Assembly: GCA_964276515.1 (NCBI GenBank)
Contig: OZ193909.1
Span: 18,414,001 to 18,478,000, forward strand
From: Gordius albopunctatus
Taxonomy: Eukaryota
Direction: 5' to 3'
DNA: 64,000 bases
Every line of letters starts with the position of its first letter. Position 1 is the stretch's first letter. Both the position numbers and the translations under genes were made by a program. Below are positions 1 through 12,353 of the stretch, piece after piece. The notes beneath the pieces were generated by a model, which worked only from the letters and a program-made list of their open reading frames with translations, was not told where the DNA came from and made no database searches.

Positions 1-159
1 ACAAAATTAATGAGCTGCCATTATTATCACATGGCCATAGAAGCATATAATTTATTTGGGGACACCACCTTGAAAATAAGAACGTATTATATAAAAAATA
101 CAAATGTCACACGTATGGGGGCGATGTGGGATCAAATAAGTCAGACAAATTATCATAAG

Positions 160-550
160 TAAATTGGTTTGTCTTATTATATATACACTAAAAATAGCGG
201 GTTCATAAAATCCATGACGTGATAAAATTCGTGCCCCATTTCAATATATAAAATGTATAAGTCTAATATTTATTTTTAATAATATTAAATTAATCCTATA
301 AATAAGTAATACATATTTCTACTTATATTCTAACTTTCCTGACGTCATTATTGTATATGATGCTCTTAACGAAACTGGCCGGGAAATGTCAGATATTTTT
401 AAAACTAAAAGGAATTTTAGGATTCTGAAAAAGCTATTTTACCCCTGGCCGTCCTGGGCATCTACGGTTAAATTTTCGCGCGAATCGGGGCGGTAGTTTC
501 AGAATTTAGATACACACATACATACATAGACTTTACTTTATATATATAGA
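160..550 (-). mobile_element. Non-autonomous Helitron, 5' part (left limit uncertain)
   Basis: The minus strand reads A|TCTATATATATAAAGTAAAGTCTATGTATGTATGTGTG from 550, a typical Helitron 5' end. Positions 340-510 are the reverse complement of about 62720-62890 inside the Helitron at 62337-63394. Confidence 0.7.
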
Positions 551-714
551 TTAGATAATAGAATGTAAAACATTGCTGATAGTAAGGAGTTATGTGATAA
601 TAAAAATGTTTTATCCAGTAGCGTAGCTAGCCTTTTTGCCTTGGGGGGGGGGGGCTGAGCTGGTCAAGCCATAAGGGGGGGGGGCAAAAAAATTCTGCAA
701 AAAGAAATTTCTTC

Positions 715-1336
715 TGCCCGAGCCCGATTTTTCAATTTTTATTTTGCCCGGCCCGAAAGAAATTTTTAATTTTGGCCCGAGCCCGACCCGATTTTTCAAA
801 TAAAATTTCGAAAAAATTATATTTTTCAAATTTTTTTCACCATCTAAATATAAAATGCATTAGATTTTTATTACTCGTAATTTACAACTAGGATAAGTTT
901 GAAATAAAAAATCCACTTTCACTCGTTAAAATATATTCAGCTAATAATTTAAAGCTAAAAATATAACTTTATAAAATATATTTTTTACAGTTCCAAATAA
1001 AAAACTTTTTGAACTATTTACTTCTCTTATTTCTAAAGTTGTAACTTCTATGAATCTATTTAAATAATAGAATAATATTTGCATTTCATGTCGGTTATAT
1101 TATAACAGACAAGGGAAAAGAGCTGAAGTTTGAGAGCTATATAATGTACGCTGTGCCAAGATATTGAATTTATTTAAATTCTATTTTATAAAAGATTAAT
1201 TTGCTTTAGTTCAATTCGAGCCGGGCTCGGGCCTCAGATCGAGCCGCCACATCAGGCCCGACCCGAGCCCGAGGCCCCATTATTTTATGAAATTTTGGGG
1301 CCGGGTCGGGCTTCAGGCGGCCCGTGCAGGGCTCTA
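715..1336. mobile_element. Partial hAT-type MITE with GGCCCG/AGCCCG subterminal repeats
   Basis: Ends in GCCCGTGCAGGGCTCTA, resembling the TIR of the 37798-39170 element. It has clustered (G/A)GCCCG repeats. The left TIR was not found. Confidence 0.6.
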
Positions 1337-2362
1337 ACTACATATACCCTTAAAAATTCCCCCCCCCCCTTAATCCAAAACCTGAATACGACCATGGGTC
1401 AAACGCAAATTAAGAATTTTTCTCTCATAAACGTTGGGCAAACTTAAAATCCCGCTACTAATTTGTGTATTTTATCTAATAACATCACACTAGTATGTCT
1501 TAGACCCGTATGTATCTAGGAATCTAGGTTATAAAATAATGAAAATTTATTCATAAATAAAACAAAGTAATGTAGTTGAAACAACATAAATTTCACTTTG
1601 TATAATAAGTTTGTGTATAAATGATTGTAAGGGCACAAAGTGGAACGGGGATATTGACAGAAATCGTTGACATTTTAAAAAATAATACAAATATTAAAAA
1701 AACTATATAAAAAAGGTTTTATAAAAATTATTATTGCCAAAACCCCAAAAAATCTTGGCCATATATATAACATTTTATAATTTTACATATACAATATTGG
1801 CAGCATTTATATCATGAAAACAATGAGAACATTTAAAAGCCTTTTTAGGCTAGATGCTCGAAAGGCGTAATTATAACATAAATATGGAAAAAAATTAATT
1901 ATGAAATTAAAATTCGTTCAAGAATGAGTATTTAGAAGTTATTGCCCTGATGATATTATAGATATATTCGCACAACCGCCCCCCCCCCCTTTAAATCACC
2001 TAAAAATTAAAATAAACAAATTTTACGGCTAAATTAACCTTAAAAATATTCTGTCAAAATTAAATGAATCAAAACTTTACTTAATAATTATAGATGAAAT
2101 TAGATATCTGAGATGCACAGAACAACTTAGCGTTTTTGTACATTTCGTATGAATCCTAGGCACATCAAAAGGATTTTTTTTTGTGATTTTTATCCCTTAA
2201 AAGTCTTGATGCGTTAACAATTGTCTATATAAATCAGGAATTTGTTATTAATATTAATTTATCAAACTTTTGATGGGAGATCCCTAATAAAAGGGAAAAA
2301 ATGGTGTACAAACTGTTTTTTGGAAAATCATTGGCTTTATGAGTGCATGTGGTACATAAAAA

Positions 2363-5300
2363 TTTTTTTTTTAAATTGACATCCTTTATTAAATAAAAAG
2401 TATTAAATATTGAGCGGAATTGTTTAAAAGATACAAGAACGAAAAAATTTATATAAAAAAATGATTAAAACTCAATATCCGTTTCTTCATCTTTGAGAAT
2501 GGGCATTGAATCCATCAAAGAATAAAAATTAGATTTAGCGATCGCGATGGCAATTGATTGTCGTAGTAAAAAACTATTCGATATTTTACAAGGGGCGAGC
2601 GTTTATTGAGTTCTTTAAAAAAATTAAAGCGCTCTTCCCAAATGTCCCTGAGCACGATGAGACGATAGGAATAAAAATCGAGTTTTGGGATAAAGCTGAA
2701 TATTTTAAGGATTTACGATGCTCTGCCGATCCAAGGGGGTCGTGAGTATCGTTGGAGGGGGCAAAAAGGTCTATACAGGTGTAGTCCCATTTTAAGAAAA
2801 GGCCTTTGTCCCATGGGATAAGGGACGAACCGTCCGGGCGCATCCGCCCTTCGAGAGAGGGATCTGAAGGTTCAAGGATCGAAGGGACTTTTGCCCGTTT
2901 GAGGGCAGCTTGAAGTAGTGTATTTATTTTTTGGTGCCTACCATACCGGCTTTTATTAAATTTACAATGCAGAGGGTGACGTGCTTCCTCATCTACAAGT
3001 GAATTACAAAGCCGGCAGGGGTATGAAGACGTGTATTTACAGCCCAAGCGGAGGGCTATATTGTAGGAGAGGGTAGGATTCTCCAAAAACATACTAGGGT
3101 AAGCTTCAAGCCATTCATGTCCGGAATGACCTAAGGTTGCAATGCTGTTTGGCGTCGCATGTCGAGAAAAGGTAAGCAACGGACCGCGACACCAAGCTTG
3201 CATCCAAATCTTTTTGAACGTATGATTGTGGTATATTAGCTCCTACATTGACGTTCTCATTCCATAAGGATAGGGCTTGATTTATGGAGGGATTAAGTGG
3301 GAATGGGACAAGGTCGTTGATATGATGTTTAAAAGATAGAGAGGAAGAAATAAAGGCGGCTAGGGAAATCGCAGATGGGGAGCGAATACCAAGGCCACCG
3401 GATTTTGTGGGAAGTGTGGCTTGAAGCCAAGTATTGGTGTTAAAGGAAATATTTAAAATTGATTCAAGAGTGGATTTAAAAAAGTTTTCATAGTCGTGTA
3501 AAACTTCTTTAAATAAAAAAGCTTGCGTAGAGCGGAAGCAGAATAAAATTTTGCTAATGTTGTAATAATTTTTTATAATATAAAAAGAATGATGAGATGG
3601 CATAGATTTAAAAATGTCTAATTTGGTTTTTAAAGAAGAGAGATTTTTGTCTAAAATTTTTTTAAGGCACTGGGGTCCCCCGATAGGTGCGCCTAAAACA
3701 TACAAACTGTCTTTTTTAATTTTGGCAAAGTCAAAAAACTTTGGGTGAATATTATCCAAGTCAGAATATATTTCACTTTTAGAGGCGTTTAAACATAAGT
3801 TTAGAGTGGGGAAAAAAGCATGTATTACATCTAGTGCTTGGGCTAGGTTGTCAGGGGTCCCAACAAGAGTGGCGTCATCAAGATACCAGACATTAAGAGT
3901 AAGTTTACAGTGTTTGTTAATTTCGTTAATTAGGTGATTTATGGCCAAGCAGAATAAAGGGGGGCCTAGAGGATCGCCTTGTTGGATCCCTTCTGCGGAT
4001 TCGATGAAGAATTCTCAAAATTTCAAAATCGAAGGGCATCCATAACTTAAAATGATGTAGTTGGTGTAGTGGGGAAACAGTTTGATAAATTCATTAATGA
4101 AGGCAGTGCGTAGAATGCTGTTGAAAGCATTTTTAAAATCCAGTTTTATAAAGGAGTCACCCGGTGGGAGGTGTTCCAGGGCTAAGCGTGCGGCATGGGT
4201 AGCTATCTCGCACCCTCCTTTGACCCCAAAGCCTAGTTGATGCGGAATTAAAGTTGGGGTCAATATTGGTTTGATCGCCGAGCAAATTAATTTAGAAATA
4301 ATTCTTCGAAAAACACCGCCGATAGCGATAGGCCTGGCTGAATTGTCGGCCTTCCTAATAGCTAAAAGCTTAGCTCCAAAGACTATGGGCGTTATTTCTT
4401 TAGGTATACTCCCATTGACTAAAAGGTTACAAAATTTGGTGAATAAGTCTAATAAGATGGAGGAGTTATTATTAACAATTGTTATAAGATCTTTTAAAAA
4501 AATTGGTTTTATGCCGTCGAGACCACCTGCAGAATCCATGGGAAAGGATAAGATGGCGTCTCGAATTTCTGGTGACTTAAAAGCAATATCTGAAGGTTGC
4601 GAGGGCGATAGGTAAGTAGAAGATAGACTGTGGGGGTGTTTGAGAACCATTTCTTCGTATGATTTTTGTGAAGGACTCAGAAATGAATTGTCTTCTTCAA
4701 GAAATCTGATTGCACCTTTTATGTTGAAAGCGTGGATTTTTCTAGAGATCATATTCGCTTTTTGTTTGGGAGTTAATATGTGGGATTCCTTTCTCTCAAT
4801 GTTATATGCTGGAGGGCTGTTTACTGTCGAACTTTAAAACTGATTGTTTAATATTATGAGTGATATTTGCTTCTTTGTCTTGAGGAATGGATAAAATGTA
4901 AAAAGAGATTTTAAATAGTTTCTCCCAATAGGAAAGGTTCTGAGGGAGGGAAATAATATTGTTAAGTAAGTTTATTAAAAACTGTTGCATGCACGCCCGG
5001 GCCCCCCTTGGAATTCTGGATATGGTTGGTGGGAATGTTTGAGATAAAAAGGCTGTACTCCATGTCATGTCATTTTTTTCATTTGTGGTATAGTAGGTTT
5101 GAGGAGGTATTAGATTAGGAATATCAGTACCAGAGGGACTGAGAATAATGTTATCTTCTAATATTAAGGTTGATGGTGGACATGTAGTGTTTGGGGGAGC
5201 GAGCTTCCCCGAGGAGGGGCATTTATTGGTGACAGGGCCATGTTGTAAAAAACAATTCTTTTTGTTTAATGAGATATTTCGATGACACAAGGGGCATAGG

Positions 5301-6393
5301 GCTTTTAAAAGGACCATTTAATATGTATATGAATTTTATCAGACAAAGAAAAGAATTTATTCATGTCAAAACTGATGATTTATTGTAAGACTCTGAGTAA
5401 TTATGAGTGGGAGGATAAAGGACAACCTCAAGGATAGAGTAAGTGGCATTGCAGTTGTTTTTTAAAAAAAAAATTTGTTACCTTGGTTAGATAAGTTATT
5501 TTGTAAAAGATACTATATTGCATATTGTAAATGTTGGTTGTAATTGTTAAAAAGTTGCCTGATAAGATATTGTATATAATTTTTAATTTTTGGGTATATA
5601 ATTTTAGGTCTAAATATGTGAAAAAAAATAAACTATGGATGTTAATAAAATAGTGATAAGAAATGTATAAATGATTGAAATACTGTAAGTGGTTTCTAGG
5701 TTATTAAGTAGAGGGTTCAGTTTGCTTTGAATAGTAGTGATGATGTTAGAGAGAAAGATTGGGTGAGGTAATTGTTTGTTTTTTTGTAAAGAGTTTCTGA
5801 GTAAATGAATGTTTGCTTTGAATAGTAGGGATCAAGTTGAAAATAATGGGTGTGGTTGTGAGTCTTTCTCAGTAATTTGCTTGATTGTTGTTTGAATGTT
5901 TGGACTTCTTAATGTTGTTGAGCTGAAACTTTGGGGGATAGACACTTGCATGTGTTGGATGCAATGTGAATAGGAATAGATGCCATAGTGGATAAAGTGG
6001 ATTGATAGCAATTTTTTATATTGGTTATAATGAATTGAATAGATTGGTTAAATGATTTGAAGTGTAAATCTTTATGAGACAAATGTAGTATGTCTTAATT
6101 TGGAATCATTGGATAGATATTAAGGGATTTATGGATTGTTATATAAAGTTGTAAGAAGAATATGGTTTAGATCCAAACTTGCACCATACCAAAAATTAAG
6201 GGCACTAATGTAGTTCCAAAATCATGACATAAATAAGGTTTGTATAAATATGATAAACTTTTTTATGATGACTATATTACTCTTATAGCCCGGTTATTAT
6301 AATTTATAATAATTTTAAGAGGTTATATAGATTTGGTAATGTAATAAATCATAATGATTTGATAACGATGTCATTCATTTGGAAGCATGAATT
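2363..6393 (-). mobile_element. CRE-clade non-LTR retrotransposon, complete insertion with disabled ORF (RT plus restriction-like endonuclease)
   Basis: ORF pieces 5317-4802, 4752-4015, 3948-3115 and 3203-2586 give an N-terminal CPLC..H..C motif, RT motifs (RPIAIG, KLDFKNAFN, GIQQGDPLGP, WYLDD), GGLGI, a CCHC knuckle (CRLC..HPLHC) and REL motif RPDG..WDYT. Poly(A) at 2363-2372. Direct repeat ATTGGCTTTATGAGTGCATGTGGTACATAAAAAT at 2330-2363 and 6394-6427. In-frame TGA at 4015-4017 plus frameshifts. Confidence 0.9.
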
Positions 6394-6960
6394 ATTGGCT
6401 TTATGAGTGCATGTGGTACATAAAAATATGCAAGATATGTTAAACAATAAGCATGCGAGATGGGCAATTAAATTGAATCCAGGATGGAATTTTCGTAAAT
6501 TTAATAATATTTTAATATATTTTGAAAGTGTTAAAAAGTTTAAAATCCCACATAATTTTTCATTAAATATTTATATTATCATCCGGGGAATAAAGATTTA
6601 TAAAGCAATGTTCTAAGCTCAATAAAGCTAAGGAAGATAACCTATCTTGTCCAATTATAAAACGATAATAGTTTTAATCCATTTTAGCAATGAGAACGAT
6701 CCTTCGCACGAGCATAAAGTTATTAGGATAGTTAAAATTATTTAATCAAAATAAAAAAATTTAAAAACATTATTGGGGCAAAATTTTAATAAGTGGAAAA
6801 AAATCATTGCATTTTATTTTATTCGAAGTAAAAAATTATAATATATTACATTATTTTTTTCCATTGTTATTTCTACATCTGGCAGTGTTAATTCATAATG
6901 GTAAATTACTTCTAATAAAAGAGATTTATCGCAAAAAAGGGGATGAGGGGTTTAATCTTC

Positions 6961-7114
6961 CATGGACCTAGCCAAGGGAGGGGGCTGCCCCTTCTAAATC
7001 CAAAAAGTTGTTAAAATTTATCAAAATTATGGCTAAAATTTGAAAAAATGATCATTTTGCCCTTGCCTAAATCATTATAGCCCCCCTCTAATTCAAATGC
7101 TGACTAAGCCCATG
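6961..7114. mobile_element. CATG-ended ~150-bp hAT-type MITE (reverse orientation)
   Basis: Reverse-complement homologue of the copies at 9503, 11472, 40793, 41904 and 53275, with termini CATGG..CCATG. Confidence 0.75.
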
Positions 7115-7898
7115 AAACCCTCTAAGGACCTATATTACAATTAATTTCCGAAAATCTAATGTTTAATTCTGCTACTACTCTATCGATGATCGGATATTAT
7201 AAATCAATTTTGAAATCAATTAATGAATTGGTAGATTAAAAGAGTAAAAAGTGTTATACTTTTTTGGTTTTATAATACGTTTAGAAGGTACTAAATCAAA
7301 AATTGAAGGTAACTCTTTCGCCTTATTATAAAGAATTCGATAGTAATCCTCATTTCTAATATCATTTGAAGCTAATATTAGGCTATAAACCGTTGAATTG
7401 CATTTATTAAACAAATATCTGGGCTTTATATTAAAATTAAAAGTTATATTCAAAAACAATTAATTATAATCTTCATATGTTTCTTAATTAAAATAAAATA
7501 ATGGCGCACGGGGCCCAAGATTTTTCGCTTGGGGGGGGGGCCCATGGGGCCCGGTTTTTGCTCTTGGGTGGGCCCGGGCCCCCTGCCCTCCCTAGCTATG
7601 CCACTGGTTTTATCGTCTTTATTGCAAAGAGCATGTGACTAATTTTAAGCCCTTAAGACAGTCTAAAAACTAATGTTACAATGAAAAGCGTCCCGCTAAT
7701 AGACCATTACATTTTCATATGTTTGATTAGGTGATCAAAACTTAAAATTATGTTTGAAATAATCATGAGCAATATAAATGTTTATTAACTTTGTGTTTGA
7801 AATTTTAGATAAATACTAGAAGATCTCAAAAATTATGCTTTGCGACACTATGAAAACAAAGTTACTTAGGTTAAAAGGGTAAAGGTTGGTGCTATTAC

Positions 7899-10800
7899 TT
7901 ATGGCCTAGTTCGTGTGCAATTGTGCTAGCATAGCTATTGAAAGTGCCTCGAACGATGGCTACCGAATATTCACGGCAAACTGATCCTACCATGGCAAAG
8001 CCTGCCCAGAAAATGATAAAAAATTCACTTGTACATATATTGGAGATAATATAAACTGTCATTTCTCATCTCATGAAAATGAAATGTACTAATTTCATCA
8101 CACTGGATTGTTATGTCAAAACTGAACATTAGCATAATCTTGACTAGCTAAGGCAAAACTTATTAGTTTGTAGGAAAATAATTGAAATGGATGAATGTGC
8201 TTATTATTGAATTTGCAAAGCTCAGTGGAACTATATCGATCAAATTTTTAAAATAAAATTCACGGTAAACATCAAATATAATATTTAAGAAGATTTAGAA
8301 CATCACATATAATCACCTGTAAGAGATCCCGTTCTGCGACCTTTATCATCTCTGCTATAAAATAATGACCTAAATAAACATGCAAATGTAAAAATCACAT
8401 ATTATTATAGATAGCCATTAAAATGTAAATACTAAGACAAATACTATTAAACTAATTAAGAAAAGTTTATTTGCAGAGAGCTTGAGATATTATATTTTGG
8501 CAAATAAATAGCTTAAGAGGAAATAAATGTTTATTACTGTTTTTCTAAAAATATTATATATATTTAACGAGTACTGAGACTTGTAGGACTGCATTTAAGT
8601 ACAAACTTTATATTAGATTAGAGTAGACAAGAATGACGTACAAATTTTTAACGATAGCCAACACTATGCATTAAATTACTAAATTGATTTTACTGAAGAT
8701 CGAACTTTAAATGAATTTTGTTGAACTTTACAACTTTTCTATGGAATTACTTCATTAAAAAGATAGCCGAATGCCATCTCTTGGAAGTCGGTAACCCGAC
8801 TAACTTGTCATGAGCAAATCTTTTGAATATTGATATTAATGTATTCGCATTATAATTTCTATATTCCTAAAGAGCGCATAAATATAAAAAAAATTGCATT
8901 TTAAAATAAAAATTAATTTGTAAAACAAAAAAATCATGTAGATTGACCTCAAAATAAATATATAAATTACTCGGATAGTTTCATGGTAGACAACTTCAAC
9001 GTTCACTATAATTCCTAAAGAAGGATTTGAGTAATAAGAGTTGACCTAATGGAGAGAAAGATAATTGTACTTTAATTTAAAATCATTTTTTTTTATTAAT
9101 ATCTAAATTGTATTTTACACCAGCATTTTTAAAAATTATTATAATATTTTAACTTTTTTAAAATTTATTAAAAGCCATGCACACTTGAGCTAATATCTCT
9201 CTGAGTTTTGCTTTGTCCAGCCCAGCAGTTCCTTCTACAAAAAATGCCACCTTCAAATGCAATTGTCGATTGTAATTCTGACTGATTAAGGCTTTTGAAT
9301 CAACTTCAATAAGGTCCGGCTTAAGGTAATTAATTACGTCTAGAAATCAAATTAAATTTCTTTAAAGTTATAATTATAAATTATCGCTCAAATATATTGG
9401 TAAAAAAGCACCAGATGACATTCAAACAGGAATAAAAAATGAATGAAATATAATCTTAAATTAACTGAATACGATAAAAATATTATAAACGTGCCCTTTA
9501 TGCATAGGCGTAGCCAACTTTGAAATTAGAGGGGGGAGCAATAATGATCTAGGAAGGAGTAAAATGATCATATTTTGAAATGTTATCCATAATTGTAATA
9601 AATTTCAAAAAATTTTTGGATTTATAAAGGGTCAGCCTCTCTTCCCTGTCCCCCCAGCTACGCCCATGCTTTTATGAGTATGGATGCATGAGTCACTTAA
9701 CACCCCTTAGGTCAGTATGAGCCTTAGACTTAGAGTTATGCAAAATGAATTTTCTCCCGGCTCGACCCGAGCGGCCCCACCCAAGACAGGCCAAGTATTT
9801 AATTTTAGCAAAAATAAAAACTATATTAAAGGCAGGGATAGCCCATGTTTGAGTTGCAAAATTATTGTTTCAACATTAAATTAGTCGCTTACCCTCATCA
9901 GATATATCAGAAACGTATAAATCATTGTGGTCTCCAGTGGTGGGTAAAGTATATTTAGCTAGAACTAACTCTTTAACCAAGGGATTAATATTGCTAACAT
10001 TTTGGTTCAAGTTATCTAATATAGTAGCCATTAGAATTGGATTATCATTATTGATTTGGAGAATGTGTTCAAAAAGATCTCCTCCATTGAAGCTATCACC
10101 AGAAACTCCATATGAGGGGTGAAATTGCATTTTGTAAACACTGGATCCCAATACTAATACTCCATTCTAAATGGGTAACAATAGCGTAATTAATTATAAA
10201 AAATTTAGATTATTATATTTTTAAAATATCTTTAAATAAGTAATTTTAAAACTTAAACCCTTTTTTTGTTACAATATTATATATTTATATAAAATAAGAG
10301 ATTATTTAATAGATTATATTTATTTTGTCTTAAAATGATTATTCTTTTTTTAGTTTTAAACCAAAAAGTGGCTGACTTACGAGATCTGTGCAAAATGAGA
10401 TGAGAAAATGACTTCCTGGTATGTCCTTTAAGTGTCCGGAAAAAAGACAAGAAATGTTTGGGTTATCTTTCAATTGGGGATAGACCGTTGTTATATCACT
10501 GTCCATTATCAATTCCAATATTGTGCCATCAACTTCGATTTTTAAATTTTCCAATTCTTGTCGGGCCCTAAATAATGGTTCATCTAAGACAAAAATAATT
10601 AAAAACATAAATATTTTCATAAATAAATATACTAGTGTGTTTTAGATTAATATTTAACGTAAATAAAAATAATGTTTAATGGAAAATTAATTTATTACCA
10701 CCGAGATCTAAAATCCCTTCTTGGAAAATTGGCTTTACTTCATTCTTCTAAAAAGTGAAATTTTTAGAAATAAAATTGCAAATTATAAATACATACCTGA

Positions 10801-12353
10801 AATGGGTTTTTAGAAAGCGAACTTAAATTGATAGTCACCGCTAAGAGAAATAGCTCTGTGAGAAATTTTGAAGCCAGTTTAGGCGACCTAATGAAAAAAA
10901 ATTAATTGTTTTAAATTTAATTATGATTCATTCCTGATAAAATTCGTTAAATTTAGGTAGTGATTAAAAACAAAAATTAGAAAAACCATAAATTAGTGTT
11001 ACAAACTATTTTTTTTACCAAATGTCTTGAAGCGTTAGTTTTTCACTATGTATAGGGTATAAAAAACTTGTTTAGGTTAATTTGTTCAGGAAAGTTAATT
11101 TTAAAATTTTTTATACAATAAAATTATTAAAAATGATTTGCAAATTAACAAACTATCAGTATCATGAGATTACCAGTAAGATGACGTTTTTATAAATACA
11201 AATTGTTACACTAAATAGATGAACAAGCCCCAGGCTTATATATATAAAGATAAAGGCAATTAAACTTCAAACAACTACATCATTATTACCTCTTTTTCCA
11301 CGAACCAATATCAACTTATTCAATGTTTGACAAGTCTTAACTAAATTTAACTTTTGTACGTGTATTTAAATAACAAAAATTTGTAGAAGGAAGAGATTTA
11401 TCATTGCTACTTGTCAATTAATTCAAATCATCAAGCTTTTAATACAAATTTAGCAACTTGTAGTATATAAACATGGGGGTAGCCAGCATCCGAATTAGAG
11501 CTAATGATTTAGGGAAAGGCAAAATGATCATTTTTTGAAATTTTAGCCTTAATTTTAATAAATTTTAACAAATTTTTGGATTTAGAGGGGGGGGGCAGCC
11601 GATCCTCCCTGCCCCTCTTAGCTACGTTCATGAGTATAATAGAGAAACCCATTGTATGCGATTAAATTGTCTAAATTTTATAGTACAAATAGCGTGGCTC
11701 ATGCTTAATATTATGATGATATAACCATTATATGCTTAAACTTATATTCCTATGAATTTCTTATAAATTTAAAGAAAATCTACAATTATATTTATAAAAT
11801 TGTTGTCTAGATTCTTGTTAAGAGCATTTTAACTTTACATGAAATAGTGATCCCTGAAATAATAATATTTTTTTTTTGTAAAACTCATGGTTTATTATTG
11901 CCGAAAATATTTGAAAGTGTTCGATCGCAAAATATAACATATCGTCAAAACTAGCCTAAAATAGTTTGTCGATATATTAAAATATTCACAAAAATTATAA
12001 ATTTATATTTTACATGCAAATATTAGATTTAATGTTTAATTAATCGCAAGGAATTTTAACAAGAATTAGGTTAAATTAAATTAAAAAAAAGATCAAAAAT
12101 TGTTGTTAAGATGTATTATTGCAAACTATTTTAAATTTTGTAAAACTTTGTAACTCTGCTATACAAACAACATCACAAGGTGTTTATTTTAAAACTCATT
12201 GATAATTAAAGTCGGTGCAAAATATATGACCGGAAAAAGATTAATTTCATTTTAGCTTTTTTAATTTTTGTGTTAATATTTAAAAATATAAATAAATTTT
12301 TTAAATTAACCATTTCCCTATAAAAATTAAAATAAAATATTAAGATCTTACAT
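7899..12353 (-). CDS. ADAM/ADAMTS-type (M12B reprolysin) zinc metalloprotease: signal peptide, prodomain and catalytic domain up to HELGH; 3' exons unresolved
   Basis: Phase-consistent GT-AG exons: 12353-12352 (AT), 10887-10797, 10747-10699, 10583-10381, 10166-9893, 9339-9185, 9045-8971, 8866-8751, 8369-8317, 8001-7899. Translation gives a hydrophobic N-terminus (FLTELFLLAVTINL), prodomain CLFSGHL..PGS..ISFC..LNG, then VNSYYSNPSLG, WHSAIFL, GFAMVGSVC and TIAHELGH. Confidence 0.85.
9503..9668. mobile_element. CATG-ended hAT-type MITE in protease intron
   Basis: TIRs CATAGGCGTAGC / GCTACGCCCATG. Near-perfect 8-bp TSD CCTTTATG/CTTTTATG. Confidence 0.8.
11472..11632. mobile_element. CATG-ended hAT-type MITE in protease intron 1
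   Basis: Termini CATGGGGGTAGC / GCTACGTTCATG. The internal sequence (GGCAAAATGATCA..TTTTGGATTTAGAGGGG) is shared with the other copies. Confidence 0.75.

Larger units (their letters stand above)
616..7606. mobile_element. Decayed hAT DNA transposon (ZMYM1/P52rIPK-like transposase relics) with nested insertions
   Basis: TIRs CAGTAGCGTAGCTAG (616) and CTAGCTATGCCACTG (7606) match at 13/15. Perfect 8-bp TSD GTTTTATC at 608-615 and 7607-7614. Transposase-like relics: IDEIRYLRCTEQLSVFVHFV and FDG..KG.NGVQ on + (about 2090-2315); IRNEDYYRILYNKAKEL and YPIIDRVVAELNIRF on - (about 7140-7460). Confidence 0.8.

Noticed and set aside
1..68. Possible phase-2 exon (WCPQINYMLLWPCDNN) continuing the protease
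   Set aside because: It has an acceptor-like site but does not supply GxxH, and it cannot be evaluated at the window edge.
611..829. ORFs over GC-rich transposon ends (also 30369-30768, 30990-31178, 37382-37579, 62574-62855, 63660-63926)
   Set aside because: They arise from MITE, Helitron or antisense CRE sequence and have no coding signature.
4015..4017. In-frame TGA in the CRE RT as programmed readthrough, selenocysteine or an alternative genetic code
   Set aside because: The same element has frameshifts and other stops, copy 2 has a sense codon (GAA) here, and the host genes translate with the standard code.
7760..7782. Minus-strand IYIAHD as the missing third zinc-ligand exon
   Set aside because: The spacing would fit, but there is no AG acceptor at the required position and the conserved Gly is absent.
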